62,346 nucleotides of DNA from Candidatus Zhuqueibacterota bacterium (GTDB taxonomy: Bacteria > Zhuqueibacterota > Zhuqueibacteria > Thermofontimicrobiales > Thermofontimicrobiaceae), in contig JADHVV010000004.1 in NCBI GenBank assembly GCA_016783825.1, positions 1 to 62,346 on the forward strand. The letters are read 5' to 3'. Position numbers and translations under genes: made by a program. How positions within the stretch are numbered: the stretch's first letter is position 1; each line of letters opens with the position of its first letter. Of this stretch, positions 28,104 through 37,684 are shown in pieces. The notes under the pieces are model-generated. The model saw nothing but the letters and a program-made list of their open reading frames with translations. It ran no database searches and was not told the origin of the DNA.

Positions 28104-29272
28104 AAGATTATTATGATGTGATAGTTGTTGGCGGCGGTCCTACCGGATCAACAGCAGCCAGGCTTGCTGCTGAAGGCGGCGTAAAAGTTCTTTTATTGGA
28201 GAAAGATCGTGAGATCGGAATACCTGTACGCTGCGGTGAAGCAGTGGGAGAAAAGGGAATTAGTAAAATAGTGGAACTCAAAGAAGAATGGATTGCTAAT
28301 CATATTAAAGGCCTCCGTTTGGTTGCTCCGGATGGTACAAAAGTCAAAGTCCATCACGAAGATGTGGGATTCGTGTTAGATCGAAAACGATTTGATTATG
28401 ATCTTGCAATGAACGCGGCTAATGCCGGGGCGGAGGTTGTAACAAAAGCTTATGCATTTGGTTTGTTAACAGAAAATGGGACTGTAACAGGCGTTAAGGT
28501 TCAATATATAGGAAAACAATATGATATCCGTTCAAAAATTGTCATCGGTGCAGATGGTGTGGAATCACGTGTAGGACGTTGGGCTGGATTGAAAACAAAT
28601 CTAAAATTAAAAGATGTTGAAACCTGCGCTCAAATGACAGCTACCAATATAAATATTGATCAAAATTACTGTGATTTCTATTTCTCTTCTGATATAGCGC
28701 CAGGTGGTTATCTCTGGGTGTTTCCGAAAAATAAAAATACAGCCAATATAGGCTTGGGTTTGGCAGGCGATAAAGCTCAAAATAAATCACCATTATCATA
28801 TTTAAAAGATTTTATGAAGAGTAATTTCCCGGATGCTTCTGTTTTAACAACTGTTGCCGGTGGTGTGCCGGTTGCGCCTTACACGGAAAACATAGTGAGT
28901 AACGGTTTGATGTTAGTCGGCGATGCTGCGCACCAATCGAATCCGATTTCAGGGGGCGGAATTGTTCTGGGAATGTTAGCTGCTCAAATTGCAGGGAGAA
29001 TTGCTTCTGAAGCTGTAAAAGAAAACAATGTGAGCGAACAAAGATTGTCACAATATGTAAAGGAATGGGAAAAGGCAGGTGGAAGTAACCATCGGCGGGC
29101 ATATCGACTCAAAGAAAGTGTGGCTAAATTAACAGATGATGACTTGAACAAAACAGCCGCAGCCATCCAAAAAAAGCCGGAAGATAAACATACGGTAGTT
29201 AATATTTTTAAAGCCGCTTTGATAAATCAGCCCAAATTAATTCCGGATATTTTTAAGATATTTTTGGGGTAG
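28100..29272 (+). CDS. FAD-dependent geranylgeranyl reductase family oxidoreductase
   Basis: YDVIVVGGGPTGSTAA dinucleotide fold, PVRCGEAVG and LVGDAAHQSNPISGGGI. Confidence 0.85.
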   Translation: MKDYYDVIVVGGGPTGSTAARLAAEGGVKVLLLEKDREIGIPVRCGEAVGEKGISKIVELKEEWIANHIKGLRLVAPDGTKVKVHHEDVGFVLDRKRFDYDLAMNAANAGAEVVTKAYAFGLLTENGTVTGVKVQYIGKQYDIRSKIVIGADGVESRVGRWAGLKTNLKLKDVETCAQMTATNINIDQNYCDFYFSSDIAPGGYLWVFPKNKNTANIGLGLAGDKAQNKSPLSYLKDFMKSNFPDASVLTTVAGGVPVAPYTENIVSNGLMLVGDAAHQSNPISGGGIVLGMLAAQIAGRIASEAVKENNVSEQRLSQYVKEWEKAGGSNHRRAYRLKESVAKLTDDDLNKTAAAIQKKPEDKHTVVNIFKAALINQPKLIPDIFKIFLG

Positions 29273-29483
29273 AAAAAAATTGAATTAATCAAAATAACAA
29301 TTTAGTTGAAAATTTCTGCAATAAACAGACTCTTAAGAATTTGAAGAGATTCTGGGTGCTTGATCCTCGTTACTGGATACCCCCAATCCATCCAGCATCG
29401 TGTATCATCAAATTTTAGACATATTCAAAGACTTATGTAAAAAAACAAAAAAATAACTTGTAATACCTTAAAAAGGCAAACGA

Positions 29484-30413
29484 ATGATCAGTAAACTTAA
29501 ACAAAAGTTATCCAGGACCCGGGAAGGAATTGTTGGCAAAGTGAAAGCCTCAGTAAGTTCCCGCAAAGAGATAAATGAAGATTTGTATGAAGAGCTTGAA
29601 GAAATATTGATCAGTGGTGATTTGGGCGTAGATCTCTCACTGAATATGATTGAAGAAATCAGGGAAAAAGTAACGGATTTAGGTGTTAAAAAACCTGAAA
29701 ATATAATCAAGTTTTTTAAGAGCGCCATGTTAAAAACGTTAGATGGCGAATCAAGCAAAGTACAACCGAAAATTAATGATTCATATTTTTCACCTGGAAT
29801 AAAACCTTATGTAATAATGGTGGTTGGTGTGAACGGCACTGGAAAAACGACCACGATAGGTAAACTTGCGGCACATTTCTGCCGTCATAATAAAAAGGTT
29901 CTCCTCTCGGCAGCAGATACCTTTCGAGCTGCGGCGTCCGAGCAATTGGAAATCTGGGCAAAGCGCGCCGGGGTGGATATTATTCGTAATCAACCGGGAG
30001 CAGACCCGGCTGCGGTTGCCTTTGATTCTTTGCAGGCGGCAACCAGCCGGGACGTTGACGTTTTGATTGTGGATACGGCAGGTCGTTTACATACAAAGTC
30101 AAATCTAATGGAAGAATTAAAAAAGATACACCGCGTGCTTGGAAAAGTAATTCCAGAAGCGCCGCATGAAACGCTTTTAGTATTGGACGCGACTACCGGA
30201 CAAAATGGTTTAAACCAGGCAAAACAGTTCACCCAGGCAGTTGGTGTAAATGGAATTGTTTTAACGAAACTGGACGGCACTGCAAAGGGGGGCATCGTTC
30301 TTTCTATCTCGAACGAGTTGGGATTACCTGTTAAATTTATTGGCGTGGGGGAGCAGGTCGATGATTTGGAATCCTTTGATTCAACCGAATTTATTGAGGC
30401 GTTGTTTCAATGA
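29484..30413 (+). CDS. ftsY: Signal recognition particle receptor FtsY (short form, no acidic A domain)
   Basis: GVNGTGKTTTIGKLA, DTAGRLH, TKLDGTAKGG and PVKFIGVGE. Confidence 0.95.
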   Translation: MISKLKQKLSRTREGIVGKVKASVSSRKEINEDLYEELEEILISGDLGVDLSLNMIEEIREKVTDLGVKKPENIIKFFKSAMLKTLDGESSKVQPKINDSYFSPGIKPYVIMVVGVNGTGKTTTIGKLAAHFCRHNKKVLLSAADTFRAAASEQLEIWAKRAGVDIIRNQPGADPAAVAFDSLQAATSRDVDVLIVDTAGRLHTKSNLMEELKKIHRVLGKVIPEAPHETLLVLDATTGQNGLNQAKQFTQAVGVNGIVLTKLDGTAKGGIVLSISNELGLPVKFIGVGEQVDDLESFDSTEFIEALFQ

Positions 30414-31702
30414 AAATATCTGTGATTACACTCGGCTGCCCCAAAAATACGGTTGATTCCGAATACTTATCCGGCCAGCTTTTTGATAAAGATGTTCAAT
30501 TTACCGAACATGTTGAAACGGCTGATGTTGTTATCATTAATACGTGCGCTTTTATTTTGCCGGCGCGTGAAGAAGCAATCGAGACGATTTTGGAGACGGT
30601 GGCATTAAAGAACAATGGGAAAGTAAAACGAATTTATGTTACCGGTTGCCTGCCGCAGCGCTACCAGGATGAGTTAAAAGCTGAAATTCCTGAAGTCGAC
30701 GGATTTTTTCAACAAAAAGATTTCACAGAAATTGGCAGAGAAATAAATGCGCTGCTGAATAAAAATACTAATGCGGTTTCGTACAATCGAAAACTGGAAA
30801 CACCAGCCCATTATGCGTATCTTAAAATTTCAGAGGGTTGTGATAATCGCTGCAGCTATTGCACCATTCCGGGAATTAAAGGGAATTTTAAAAGCCGACC
30901 AATGGGAAAATTAGTCGCGGAAGCTAACCGGTTGGTTGATAATGGTGTTCGGGAACTTATTCTGGTTGCGCAAGATACAACATATTATGGGTGGGACAAG
31001 AGAGATAAGCAAGCGCTTAAAAACTTAATCGGCGCATTAGCAGAGATCAATAATTTAAAATGGATCAGAATTTTATATGCTCATCCGGCGCACTTAGGTG
31101 ATAATGTTATTCAGCTCTTTCAAGAAGAAGAAAAATTGTGCCGATATATCGATATGCCGATTCAGCATATTTCGGATAATGTATTGAGATCAATGGGCAG
31201 GCATGTCACAGGAAAAGAGATTCAGGAAAAAATTGATAAGTTAAGAAGCGCAACTTCGGGAATAGCAATTCGTACAACATTGATGGTTGGTTATCCCGGG
31301 GAGAGCAAAAACGATTTTTTGCAGCTGAAAAATTTCGTATCGCAGATACAGTTCGAGCGCTTGGGTGTTTTTAAGTTTATCGCGGAAGAAAATACTCCTG
31401 CGGCGAAAATGGAAAACCAGGTCGGTGAAGATCTAAAAGAAGATCGGCGCGAAGAAATTATGGAAATCCAATATAAAATTGCACAAGAAAAGAGCCGGGA
31501 ATTTCAGGGACGGACTATTCCTGTCCTGATTGACGGTAGAAACGAAGATAAAGAAACGTTCCTGGGAAGAAGCGAATGGGACAGTCCGCAGATAGATAAT
31601 CTGGTGTATGTAAAAGGAGATGTTCAGGTTGGGGGATTTTATCAAGTGACCATAAATCAAACTGATGCTTACGATTTGTGGGCGGAAAAGGTAGCTGGAT
31701 AA
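30410..31702 (+). CDS. rimO: Ribosomal protein S12 methylthiotransferase RimO
   Basis: ISVITLGCPKNTVDSE, the radical-SAM motif EGCDNRCSYCTIP and a C-terminal TRAM domain. The start overlaps the ftsY stop (ATGA). Confidence 0.9.
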   Translation: MKISVITLGCPKNTVDSEYLSGQLFDKDVQFTEHVETADVVIINTCAFILPAREEAIETILETVALKNNGKVKRIYVTGCLPQRYQDELKAEIPEVDGFFQQKDFTEIGREINALLNKNTNAVSYNRKLETPAHYAYLKISEGCDNRCSYCTIPGIKGNFKSRPMGKLVAEANRLVDNGVRELILVAQDTTYYGWDKRDKQALKNLIGALAEINNLKWIRILYAHPAHLGDNVIQLFQEEEKLCRYIDMPIQHISDNVLRSMGRHVTGKEIQEKIDKLRSATSGIAIRTTLMVGYPGESKNDFLQLKNFVSQIQFERLGVFKFIAEENTPAAKMENQVGEDLKEDRREEIMEIQYKIAQEKSREFQGRTIPVLIDGRNEDKETFLGRSEWDSPQIDNLVYVKGDVQVGGFYQVTINQTDAYDLWAEKVAG

Positions 31703-31743
31703 TTTACTCGTTATAGTTTAGTTTGTATTATAGCATTTTTTTA

Positions 31744-31870
31744 TTTCGTATTTACGATTTCGGATTCATATCGATTTTGGATTTACGATTTCGGAATGCT
31801 CCACCCCTTCCCCCTTAATTTAGTGGTAGGGAGGAATAATTCCGAAACCCGAAATCGTAAATCAGAAATT
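31744..31870. repeat. Word-hairpin (TTTACGATTTCGG words)
   Basis: ATTTCGTATTTACGATTTCGGATT...GGATTTACGATTTCGGAAT pairs with ATTCCGAAACCCGAAATCGTAAATCAGAAAT. Confidence 0.85.
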
Positions 31871-31886
31871 TCATAGGAGGTTTCCA

Positions 31887-33176
31887 ATGATTAGAACTAA
31901 CAAAACCGTACATAAATTGTTGTTGTTTTTCATTTGTGTACTTTTATCAGTTGGAATAGTTGTGAGCCAGTCAAATTCAAATGCTTTATTACCTGTTTTT
32001 TATTATGATATTGTGAGAGTTGATTCACAGGAACCGGGTATGAGTAGATTTTATATTTATTTTAAAACCGCTTTTGATGAATTAACTTTTGTGAGAGAAG
32101 ACAGTGTTTTTAAAGCGTCATACGAGGTGTCATTAATCATCGCGGATAAGAAAAATTTTCAAGTCGATGGCAAGGTTTGGCAGGAGGATGTTGTTGCTCA
32201 AAATTTTCAGCAGACCAACACACGGAAGACATTCAGTTTATCTTATCAAATGTTTGATTTGGAGCCGGGAGATTACAAGTTATCAGTTGGCTTTACCGAC
32301 CTGGAAACAAAACAGACAAGAACGATCAAACAGAAGATTAAATTAAAAGACCTCAAAAAAACAAAATTAGCGGTTAGCGAAGTTGCCTTTGTGAGGAACC
32401 TTGTAGCTGATTCATTAGGAGTAAAATCTTTCAGCCCTGAAGTTGCTGATTATTTACTTGATTTATCCAATAACCTTTATGCATATTTTGAAATTTATAG
32501 CAAAGAAAAAGAGAAGAAAGCTTACGAGATATCTTATACAATAAAAAATGCAAAAGGAAAAAAAGTTTTTCAAGATAAATATAAGCGAAAAATGGATGGC
32601 GCGCGAACATTAGATTATTTTTCATTAGCTAAAAGAAACCTTTCTCAAGGACAATATGAATTGAAATTAAAAGTCGTTCAAGGGAGAAAGGGGACTGAAA
32701 CAACAAAAAAATTTACTGTCCGTTGGGCAGATCTCCCTTCCACAGTAGCAGACATTGAACTTGCGATACAACAGTTAAAGTACATAGCCGATAATAAAGA
32801 GTGGGACAAATTAAGAAAAACCGGTCGGGATGAAAAATTAAAAGCATTTAAAGAATTCTGGGCTAAACGCGATCCAAGTCCGGGTACGAATAAAAACGAA
32901 AGGATGGATGAGTACTATAATCGCGTTGCGCATGCTAACCAGAGTTTTAGTGGTTTCCGTGAAGGCTGGAAAAGCGACATGGGTATGATCTTTATTATTT
33001 TTGGCCTGCCATCTGATATTGAACGCCATCCATTTGATACTGATACGAAGCCTTATGAAATTTGGTATTATTACACAATAAACAGAAATTTTACATTCCA
33101 AGACAGAACAGGGTTTGGCGATTACAAATTACTAACTCAGAACTGGCATGAGTGGAGAAGTTTGATAAGGTACTGA
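31887..33176 (+). CDS. GWxTD domain-containing protein
   Basis: Signal peptide and a C-terminal GWKSDMGMIFIIFGLPSDIERHP...PYEIWYY pattern. Confidence 0.8.
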   Translation: MIRTNKTVHKLLLFFICVLLSVGIVVSQSNSNALLPVFYYDIVRVDSQEPGMSRFYIYFKTAFDELTFVREDSVFKASYEVSLIIADKKNFQVDGKVWQEDVVAQNFQQTNTRKTFSLSYQMFDLEPGDYKLSVGFTDLETKQTRTIKQKIKLKDLKKTKLAVSEVAFVRNLVADSLGVKSFSPEVADYLLDLSNNLYAYFEIYSKEKEKKAYEISYTIKNAKGKKVFQDKYKRKMDGARTLDYFSLAKRNLSQGQYELKLKVVQGRKGTETTKKFTVRWADLPSTVADIELAIQQLKYIADNKEWDKLRKTGRDEKLKAFKEFWAKRDPSPGTNKNERMDEYYNRVAHANQSFSGFREGWKSDMGMIFIIFGLPSDIERHPFDTDTKPYEIWYYYTINRNFTFQDRTGFGDYKLLTQNWHEWRSLIRY

Positions 33177-33190
33177 TTTGTGAACAAAAA

Positions 33191-33301
33191 AATGATTTAC
33201 GAATAAAGATTAACGATTTTTGATTTATGAAGGAATGGTGTTTGAAAAAACAGAAGTCATTAAATCAACAATACCTCTAAAATCGTAAATCGTTAATCAT
33301 T
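33191..33301. repeat. Word-hairpin (GATTTACGA / TTAACGATT words)
   Basis: AATGATTTACGAATAAAGATTAACGATTTTTGATTTATGA pairs with TCATTAAATCAACAATACCTCTAAAATCGTAAATCGTTAATCATT. Confidence 0.8.
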
Positions 33302-33402
33302 GTTCTAAGATCAAAAGAAGGAACAGCAAAGGTGGTGAACTATTACAAAAAAATTAGTTTAATACTAAACAACTGTTAAAGATTAAATGAAAGTAGAGCA
33401 GA

Positions 33403-34362
33403 GTGAACAAAAACAAAAAGATTATTAAGCCCAAACAACTTTCAAATGGCGCTACGATTGGTGTTGTTTCCCCGGCAAGTCGTCCATCAGATGAGCAAAA
33501 ATACAGCAACGGGATTCAGTACTTGAAAAATTTGGGCTACAAAGTAGTAGAGAGTCGGCATGTTCTGGATAGCTACGGCTACCTGGCAGGTAAAGACCGG
33601 GACAGGATTGATGATTTGAATTTAATGTTTCGCGACTCCCAAATAGATGCTGTTTTCTGTTCCCGGGGCGGATATGGCGTACCGAGAATAATAGATGAGA
33701 TAGACTTTAATTCGCTTCAAAACGATCCAAAAATTTTTGTCGGCTACAGCGACATTACCTCACTCAATTTAGCGATATTGGCGAAAACAGGTTTGATTTC
33801 TTTTTCGGGCCCGATGGTAGCTGTTGAAATGGGCGCGGGAATTGACCAAATTACAGAGCAAAATTTTTGGAAAACTTTAAAGACATCAGAACCGATGGGT
33901 ATTTTGGAGAATCCTTCGGACTTACCAATACAAGTTGTTAAATCCGGCAGAGCAAAAGGGAGGCTTTTAGGCGGCTGTCTCTCTCTCATTAATGTCGTTT
34001 TGGGAACGCCATTTTGTCCCGATTTTAATGAAACAATTTTATTCATCGAGGATATTGAAGAGGAACCCTATCGAGTTGACCGCTACCTGGCGCAGTTGAA
34101 AATGGCGGGAGTTTTGGATCGGATTTCAGGGTTGGTAATCGGACAATTTGTTGATTGTATCCCCGGAGATCCTGAAAAGCCAAATTTGAAACTTGAACAA
34201 GTATTCGACGATTACTTTTCGGATTTGGATATTCCAATCATCTCAAATTTTGCTTATGGGCATGTGCCGGTAAAACACACTTTACCTGTTGGAGTACAAG
34301 TTGAATTGGATACGGAGAATGGGGGATTGATCATATTAGAAAGTGCTGTTAATGAAGGGTAA
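33403..34362 (+). CDS. LD-carboxypeptidase (peptidase S66, muramoyltetrapeptide carboxypeptidase-like)
   Basis: IGVVSPAS, the nucleophile context GYSDITSL, FIEDIEEEPYRVDR and YGHVP. GTG start. Confidence 0.85.
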   Translation: MNKNKKIIKPKQLSNGATIGVVSPASRPSDEQKYSNGIQYLKNLGYKVVESRHVLDSYGYLAGKDRDRIDDLNLMFRDSQIDAVFCSRGGYGVPRIIDEIDFNSLQNDPKIFVGYSDITSLNLAILAKTGLISFSGPMVAVEMGAGIDQITEQNFWKTLKTSEPMGILENPSDLPIQVVKSGRAKGRLLGGCLSLINVVLGTPFCPDFNETILFIEDIEEEPYRVDRYLAQLKMAGVLDRISGLVIGQFVDCIPGDPEKPNLKLEQVFDDYFSDLDIPIISNFAYGHVPVKHTLPVGVQVELDTENGGLIILESAVNEG

Positions 34363-34463
34363 TTAGGTAATTTGGTAATAAGGAAATTAGGGTAATAGGG
34401 TAATAAAAAATTTATTGGCACCACGAATTCCCAATTACCCAATAAACTAATTACCCAGTTATC
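34358..34463. repeat. Word-hairpin (GGGTAATT words)
   Basis: GGGTAATTAGGTAATTTGGTAATAAGGAAATTAGGGTAATAGGGTAAT pairs with ATTCCCAATTACCCAATAAACTAATTACCCAGTTATC. The left arm includes the stop codon of the upstream gene. Confidence 0.85.
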
Positions 34464-34486
34464 TTAAACTTGTCAGGATACTAATT

Positions 34487-35116
34487 ATGGAAAAACTTAA
34501 AATTGCAGTATTAGCTTCTGGTAGAGGATCAAATTTTAAGGCGGTTTTAGACAACATAAAACAAGGAAAACTAAATGCGGAAATATGTGTTGTGATCAGC
34601 AATAAAAAATCCGCCGGCGCTTTAGAGATTGCAAGAGAAAACCAAATCCCGGCTTTTTTTGTTTCCGCCAAACAGCTACCTGAACAGAGCGATTTTGATG
34701 ATCGAATAATGGAAATTTTGGATGAAACAAATGCCAACTTTATCATCCTGGCAGGTTATCTGAAAATGATCGGCAAAGAGATCGTTCGAAAATATAAGAA
34801 TAGAATTCTCAACATTCATCCGGCGCTGCTGCCATCATTTGGCGGTAAAGGGATGTATGGACATTTCGTACACGAGGCTGTGTTAAATTACGGCTGCCGG
34901 GTTTCCGGTGTAACGGTACATTTGGTTGATGAAAAATATGATACGGGTTTGCCAATTATTCAACGCTGCGTTCCGGTTAAAGATAGCGACACGCCGGAAA
35001 CATTGGCTGCGCGTGTACTCAAAGAAGAACACAAGGTTTTCACAGAAGCCTTGAGATGTTTTGCTGAAAATAGAATTGAAATTGATGGTAAGAAAGTGAA
35101 AATCAGAGAAAGGTAA
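34487..35116 (+). CDS. purN: Phosphoribosylglycinamide formyltransferase
   Basis: IAVLASGRGSNF, LAGYLK, NIHPALLPSFGG and GVTVHLVDEKYDTG. Confidence 0.93.
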   Translation: MEKLKIAVLASGRGSNFKAVLDNIKQGKLNAEICVVISNKKSAGALEIARENQIPAFFVSAKQLPEQSDFDDRIMEILDETNANFIILAGYLKMIGKEIVRKYKNRILNIHPALLPSFGGKGMYGHFVHEAVLNYGCRVSGVTVHLVDEKYDTGLPIIQRCVPVKDSDTPETLAARVLKEEHKVFTEALRCFAENRIEIDGKKVKIRER

Positions 35117-35123
35117 AACAAAC

Positions 35124-35765
35124 ATGAAAAAAATATTTTTAAGAGTGCAGCTGTTCGTACTGTTTCTACTGTTGATCTTTAGCTCCCTGCAATCTCAAAC
35201 ACCGGTCGATATGGTGGACATATCGGACATGGATTCCACAATAGTTATTGACCTGCGATATGCAACAGCAGATAATTTTTTAAACGACACGCTGTATTCA
35301 GCAAATATTTGTTTGTTAAGAAAACCTGTGGCTGAACGATTGGTGCAGGTTCAAAAATATCTTAGGGAAAAAGGTTTGGGATTAAAAGTTTGGGATGGTT
35401 ATCGCCCGTTATTTGTGCAGAAAAAAATGTGGGAAACACTCCCGGATTCGAAATTCGTTGCCAATCCAAAACACGGGTCAAACCACAATCGCGGCGCAGC
35501 TGTTGATGTTACGCTGGTTGATTTAGAAGGCAAAGAATTGGAGATGCCCACTGGATTTGATGACTTCAGCGAAAAGGCGCACATTAAAAGCACAAACATA
35601 AGCGATGAAGCAAAAAAGAATCGAGAAATTTTGCAGGAGGCGATGAAGCGATTTGGTTTCAACCCTATCCTTTCGGAGTGGTGGCATTTTAATGATAAAG
35701 ATATCAAAAAATATTCGGTAATGGATATCCCTTTGAATTATTTTGAAGCTAAAATGAATAAATAA
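35124..35765 (+). CDS. D-alanyl-D-alanine dipeptidase (M15D, VanX/DdpX-like), secreted
   Basis: Signal peptide, DLRYATADNF, GYRPLFVQ, SNHNRGAAVDVTL and EWWHF. Confidence 0.85.
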   Translation: MKKIFLRVQLFVLFLLLIFSSLQSQTPVDMVDISDMDSTIVIDLRYATADNFLNDTLYSANICLLRKPVAERLVQVQKYLREKGLGLKVWDGYRPLFVQKKMWETLPDSKFVANPKHGSNHNRGAAVDVTLVDLEGKELEMPTGFDDFSEKAHIKSTNISDEAKKNREILQEAMKRFGFNPILSEWWHFNDKDIKKYSVMDIPLNYFEAKMNK

Positions 35766-35788
35766 AAACAGGAGGTTCTTCTCTAACC

Positions 35789-37345
35789 ATGAAAAAGATA
35801 AACCGCGTTCTGATAAGTGTTTATGATAAACAAGGTATCGTTGACTTTGCACGGTTTTTACACGAGCAAGGAATTGAAATTATATCCACCGGTGGTACGG
35901 CTAAACTGCTAACAGAAAATGGGATTCAATGTATGCCGGTTTCTGACGTTACAAATGCACCGGAAATGCTCGATGGCAGGGTGAAGACACTTCATCCAAA
36001 AATTCATGGCGCAATTTTAGCAAAGCGGGATAATCCAGACCATTTGGCGCAATTGGAACAACATGGCATCACACCGATTGATATGGTGGTTATCAATTTG
36101 TATCCATTCAGCGATGTCATTAGCATGCCTGGTACGACGCTTGATATAGCGCTGGAAAATATAGATATTGGCGGACCAACAATGATCCGGGCGGCAGCAA
36201 AAAATTTTAATGATGTGGCTGTCGTTACTTCGCCACTTCAATATGATTTTATAATTGAAGAAATGGAAAAAACTGAAGGTAATTTGTTGCCGGAAATCAG
36301 AAAAAAATTAGCTGCAGATGCTTTTCAACTGACGAATTTGTACGATGGGATAATTTCAAAATATTTGAGCAAAACAGAAGAAGAACAAAAGTATCCTGAT
36401 AATATTTCAATCAATTTCAAAAAAATACAAGACCTGCGCTATGGAGAAAATCCCCACCAGGGCGCTGCATTTTATAAAGAAGTCGGCACCTTAAATGAGG
36501 GAATTACAGGGATCGAGCAGCTTCATGGCAAAGCGCTTTCATTTAACAATATTATGGATTTGGATTCGGTCGTAAAAATGGTGAAATCTTTTGAAGCGCC
36601 ATGTTCTGTGATTGTTAAACATAGTAATCCATGCGGCGCGGCAGTTGGCGACAATTTGTTTTCAGCGTTTGAAAAAGCGTTTGCAACAGATTCGGTTTCT
36701 GCTTTTGGCGGCATATTTGGCTTCAATCGAAAGCTTGACTTAAAGACGGCGGAAGAACTGAGAAAAATATTTATCGAGGTTATCGTAGCGCCTGATTTTG
36801 CTGAAGATGCTTTTCAATTACTCTCCAAAAAGAAAAATCTTCGTTTATTAAAAATGAAAATGAACCAGGAGATAAAAAACGAGTTGAACTATAAACGTGT
36901 TGCCGGTGGTTTGCTGATACAAGATGAAGATGTTAAAAGCGTGGATGAACTCGACTTGAAAATCGTTTCAAAACGCCAGCCATCAGAAAGTGAGTTGAAG
37001 GCAATGAAATTCGCCTGGAGAGTTGTGAAATGGATTAAATCGAATGCAGTGATTTTCTGCTCTGCTGATAGAACCATTGGGATCGGCGCCGGGCAAATGT
37101 CGCGGGTTGATTCATCTATGTTTGCGGTGGAAAAAGCGAAGAGAGCCGGATTACCTTTAGCGGGCACGGTTGTTGCTTCAGATGCATTTTTTCCGTTCCG
37201 TGATGGTGTGGACGCCGCAGCTGAAGCCGGCGCAACAGCAATTATTCAACCGGGCGGATCGGTTCGTGATGAAGAAGTGATTCAGGCAGCGGATGAACAA
37301 AATTTAGCAATGGTATTTACGGGAGTCCGACATTTCAGGCATTAA
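35789..37345 (+). CDS. purH: Bifunctional AICAR transformylase / IMP cyclohydrolase
   Basis: RVLISVYDKQGIVDFA, STGGTAKLL, DGRVKTLHP and a C-terminal VFTGVRHFRH. Confidence 0.96.
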   Translation: MKKINRVLISVYDKQGIVDFARFLHEQGIEIISTGGTAKLLTENGIQCMPVSDVTNAPEMLDGRVKTLHPKIHGAILAKRDNPDHLAQLEQHGITPIDMVVINLYPFSDVISMPGTTLDIALENIDIGGPTMIRAAAKNFNDVAVVTSPLQYDFIIEEMEKTEGNLLPEIRKKLAADAFQLTNLYDGIISKYLSKTEEEQKYPDNISINFKKIQDLRYGENPHQGAAFYKEVGTLNEGITGIEQLHGKALSFNNIMDLDSVVKMVKSFEAPCSVIVKHSNPCGAAVGDNLFSAFEKAFATDSVSAFGGIFGFNRKLDLKTAEELRKIFIEVIVAPDFAEDAFQLLSKKKNLRLLKMKMNQEIKNELNYKRVAGGLLIQDEDVKSVDELDLKIVSKRQPSESELKAMKFAWRVVKWIKSNAVIFCSADRTIGIGAGQMSRVDSSMFAVEKAKRAGLPLAGTVVASDAFFPFRDGVDAAAEAGATAIIQPGGSVRDEEVIQAADEQNLAMVFTGVRHFRH

Positions 37346-37377
37346 TGAAAATACTGAATTCGCAAAAAAGTATTTGG

Positions 37378-37624
37378 AAGGTAATTTGGTAATAAGGGGA
37401 TTAGGTAATTTGGGTAATAGGGAAATTGGGTAATATAAAATTTTTAGCTTTAGTAATTCCCAATTACCAATTATACTAATTACCCAGTTACCTTTTGGTT
37501 CTGGCTTGTCCAGGTTAGGTAATAAAGGAATTGGGTAATAAAAAAAAACAGCTTTAGTAATTCCCAATTACCAAATACACTAATTACCCAGTTACCTTAT
37601 TGGTCTGCCTTGTCCAGCCTGGGG
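37378..37624. repeat. Tandem pair of GGGTAATT word-hairpins, each followed by a copy of the 22-nt boundary motif
   Basis: Unit 1 is hairpin 37378-37492 plus GGTTCTGGCTTGTCCAGGTTAGG (37497-37519). Unit 2 is hairpin 37518-37598 plus ATTGGTCTGCCTTGTCCAGCCTGGGG (37599-37624). Both right arms read TAGTAATTCCCAATTACCAA.TA.ACTAATTACCCAGTTACCTT. Confidence 0.85.
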
Positions 37625-37684
37625 CTTATAATTAACGCCTATATTAAAGAGGCTTATTATATTAATCTAACTATAGAGGGAAAA

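Noticed and set aside
37378-37624. Possible CRISPR array (this locus and the 60467-60775 array)
   Set aside because: There are no regularly spaced unique spacers of CRISPR size between repeats. The units are contiguous words forming hairpin arms, and no cas genes are present in the window.
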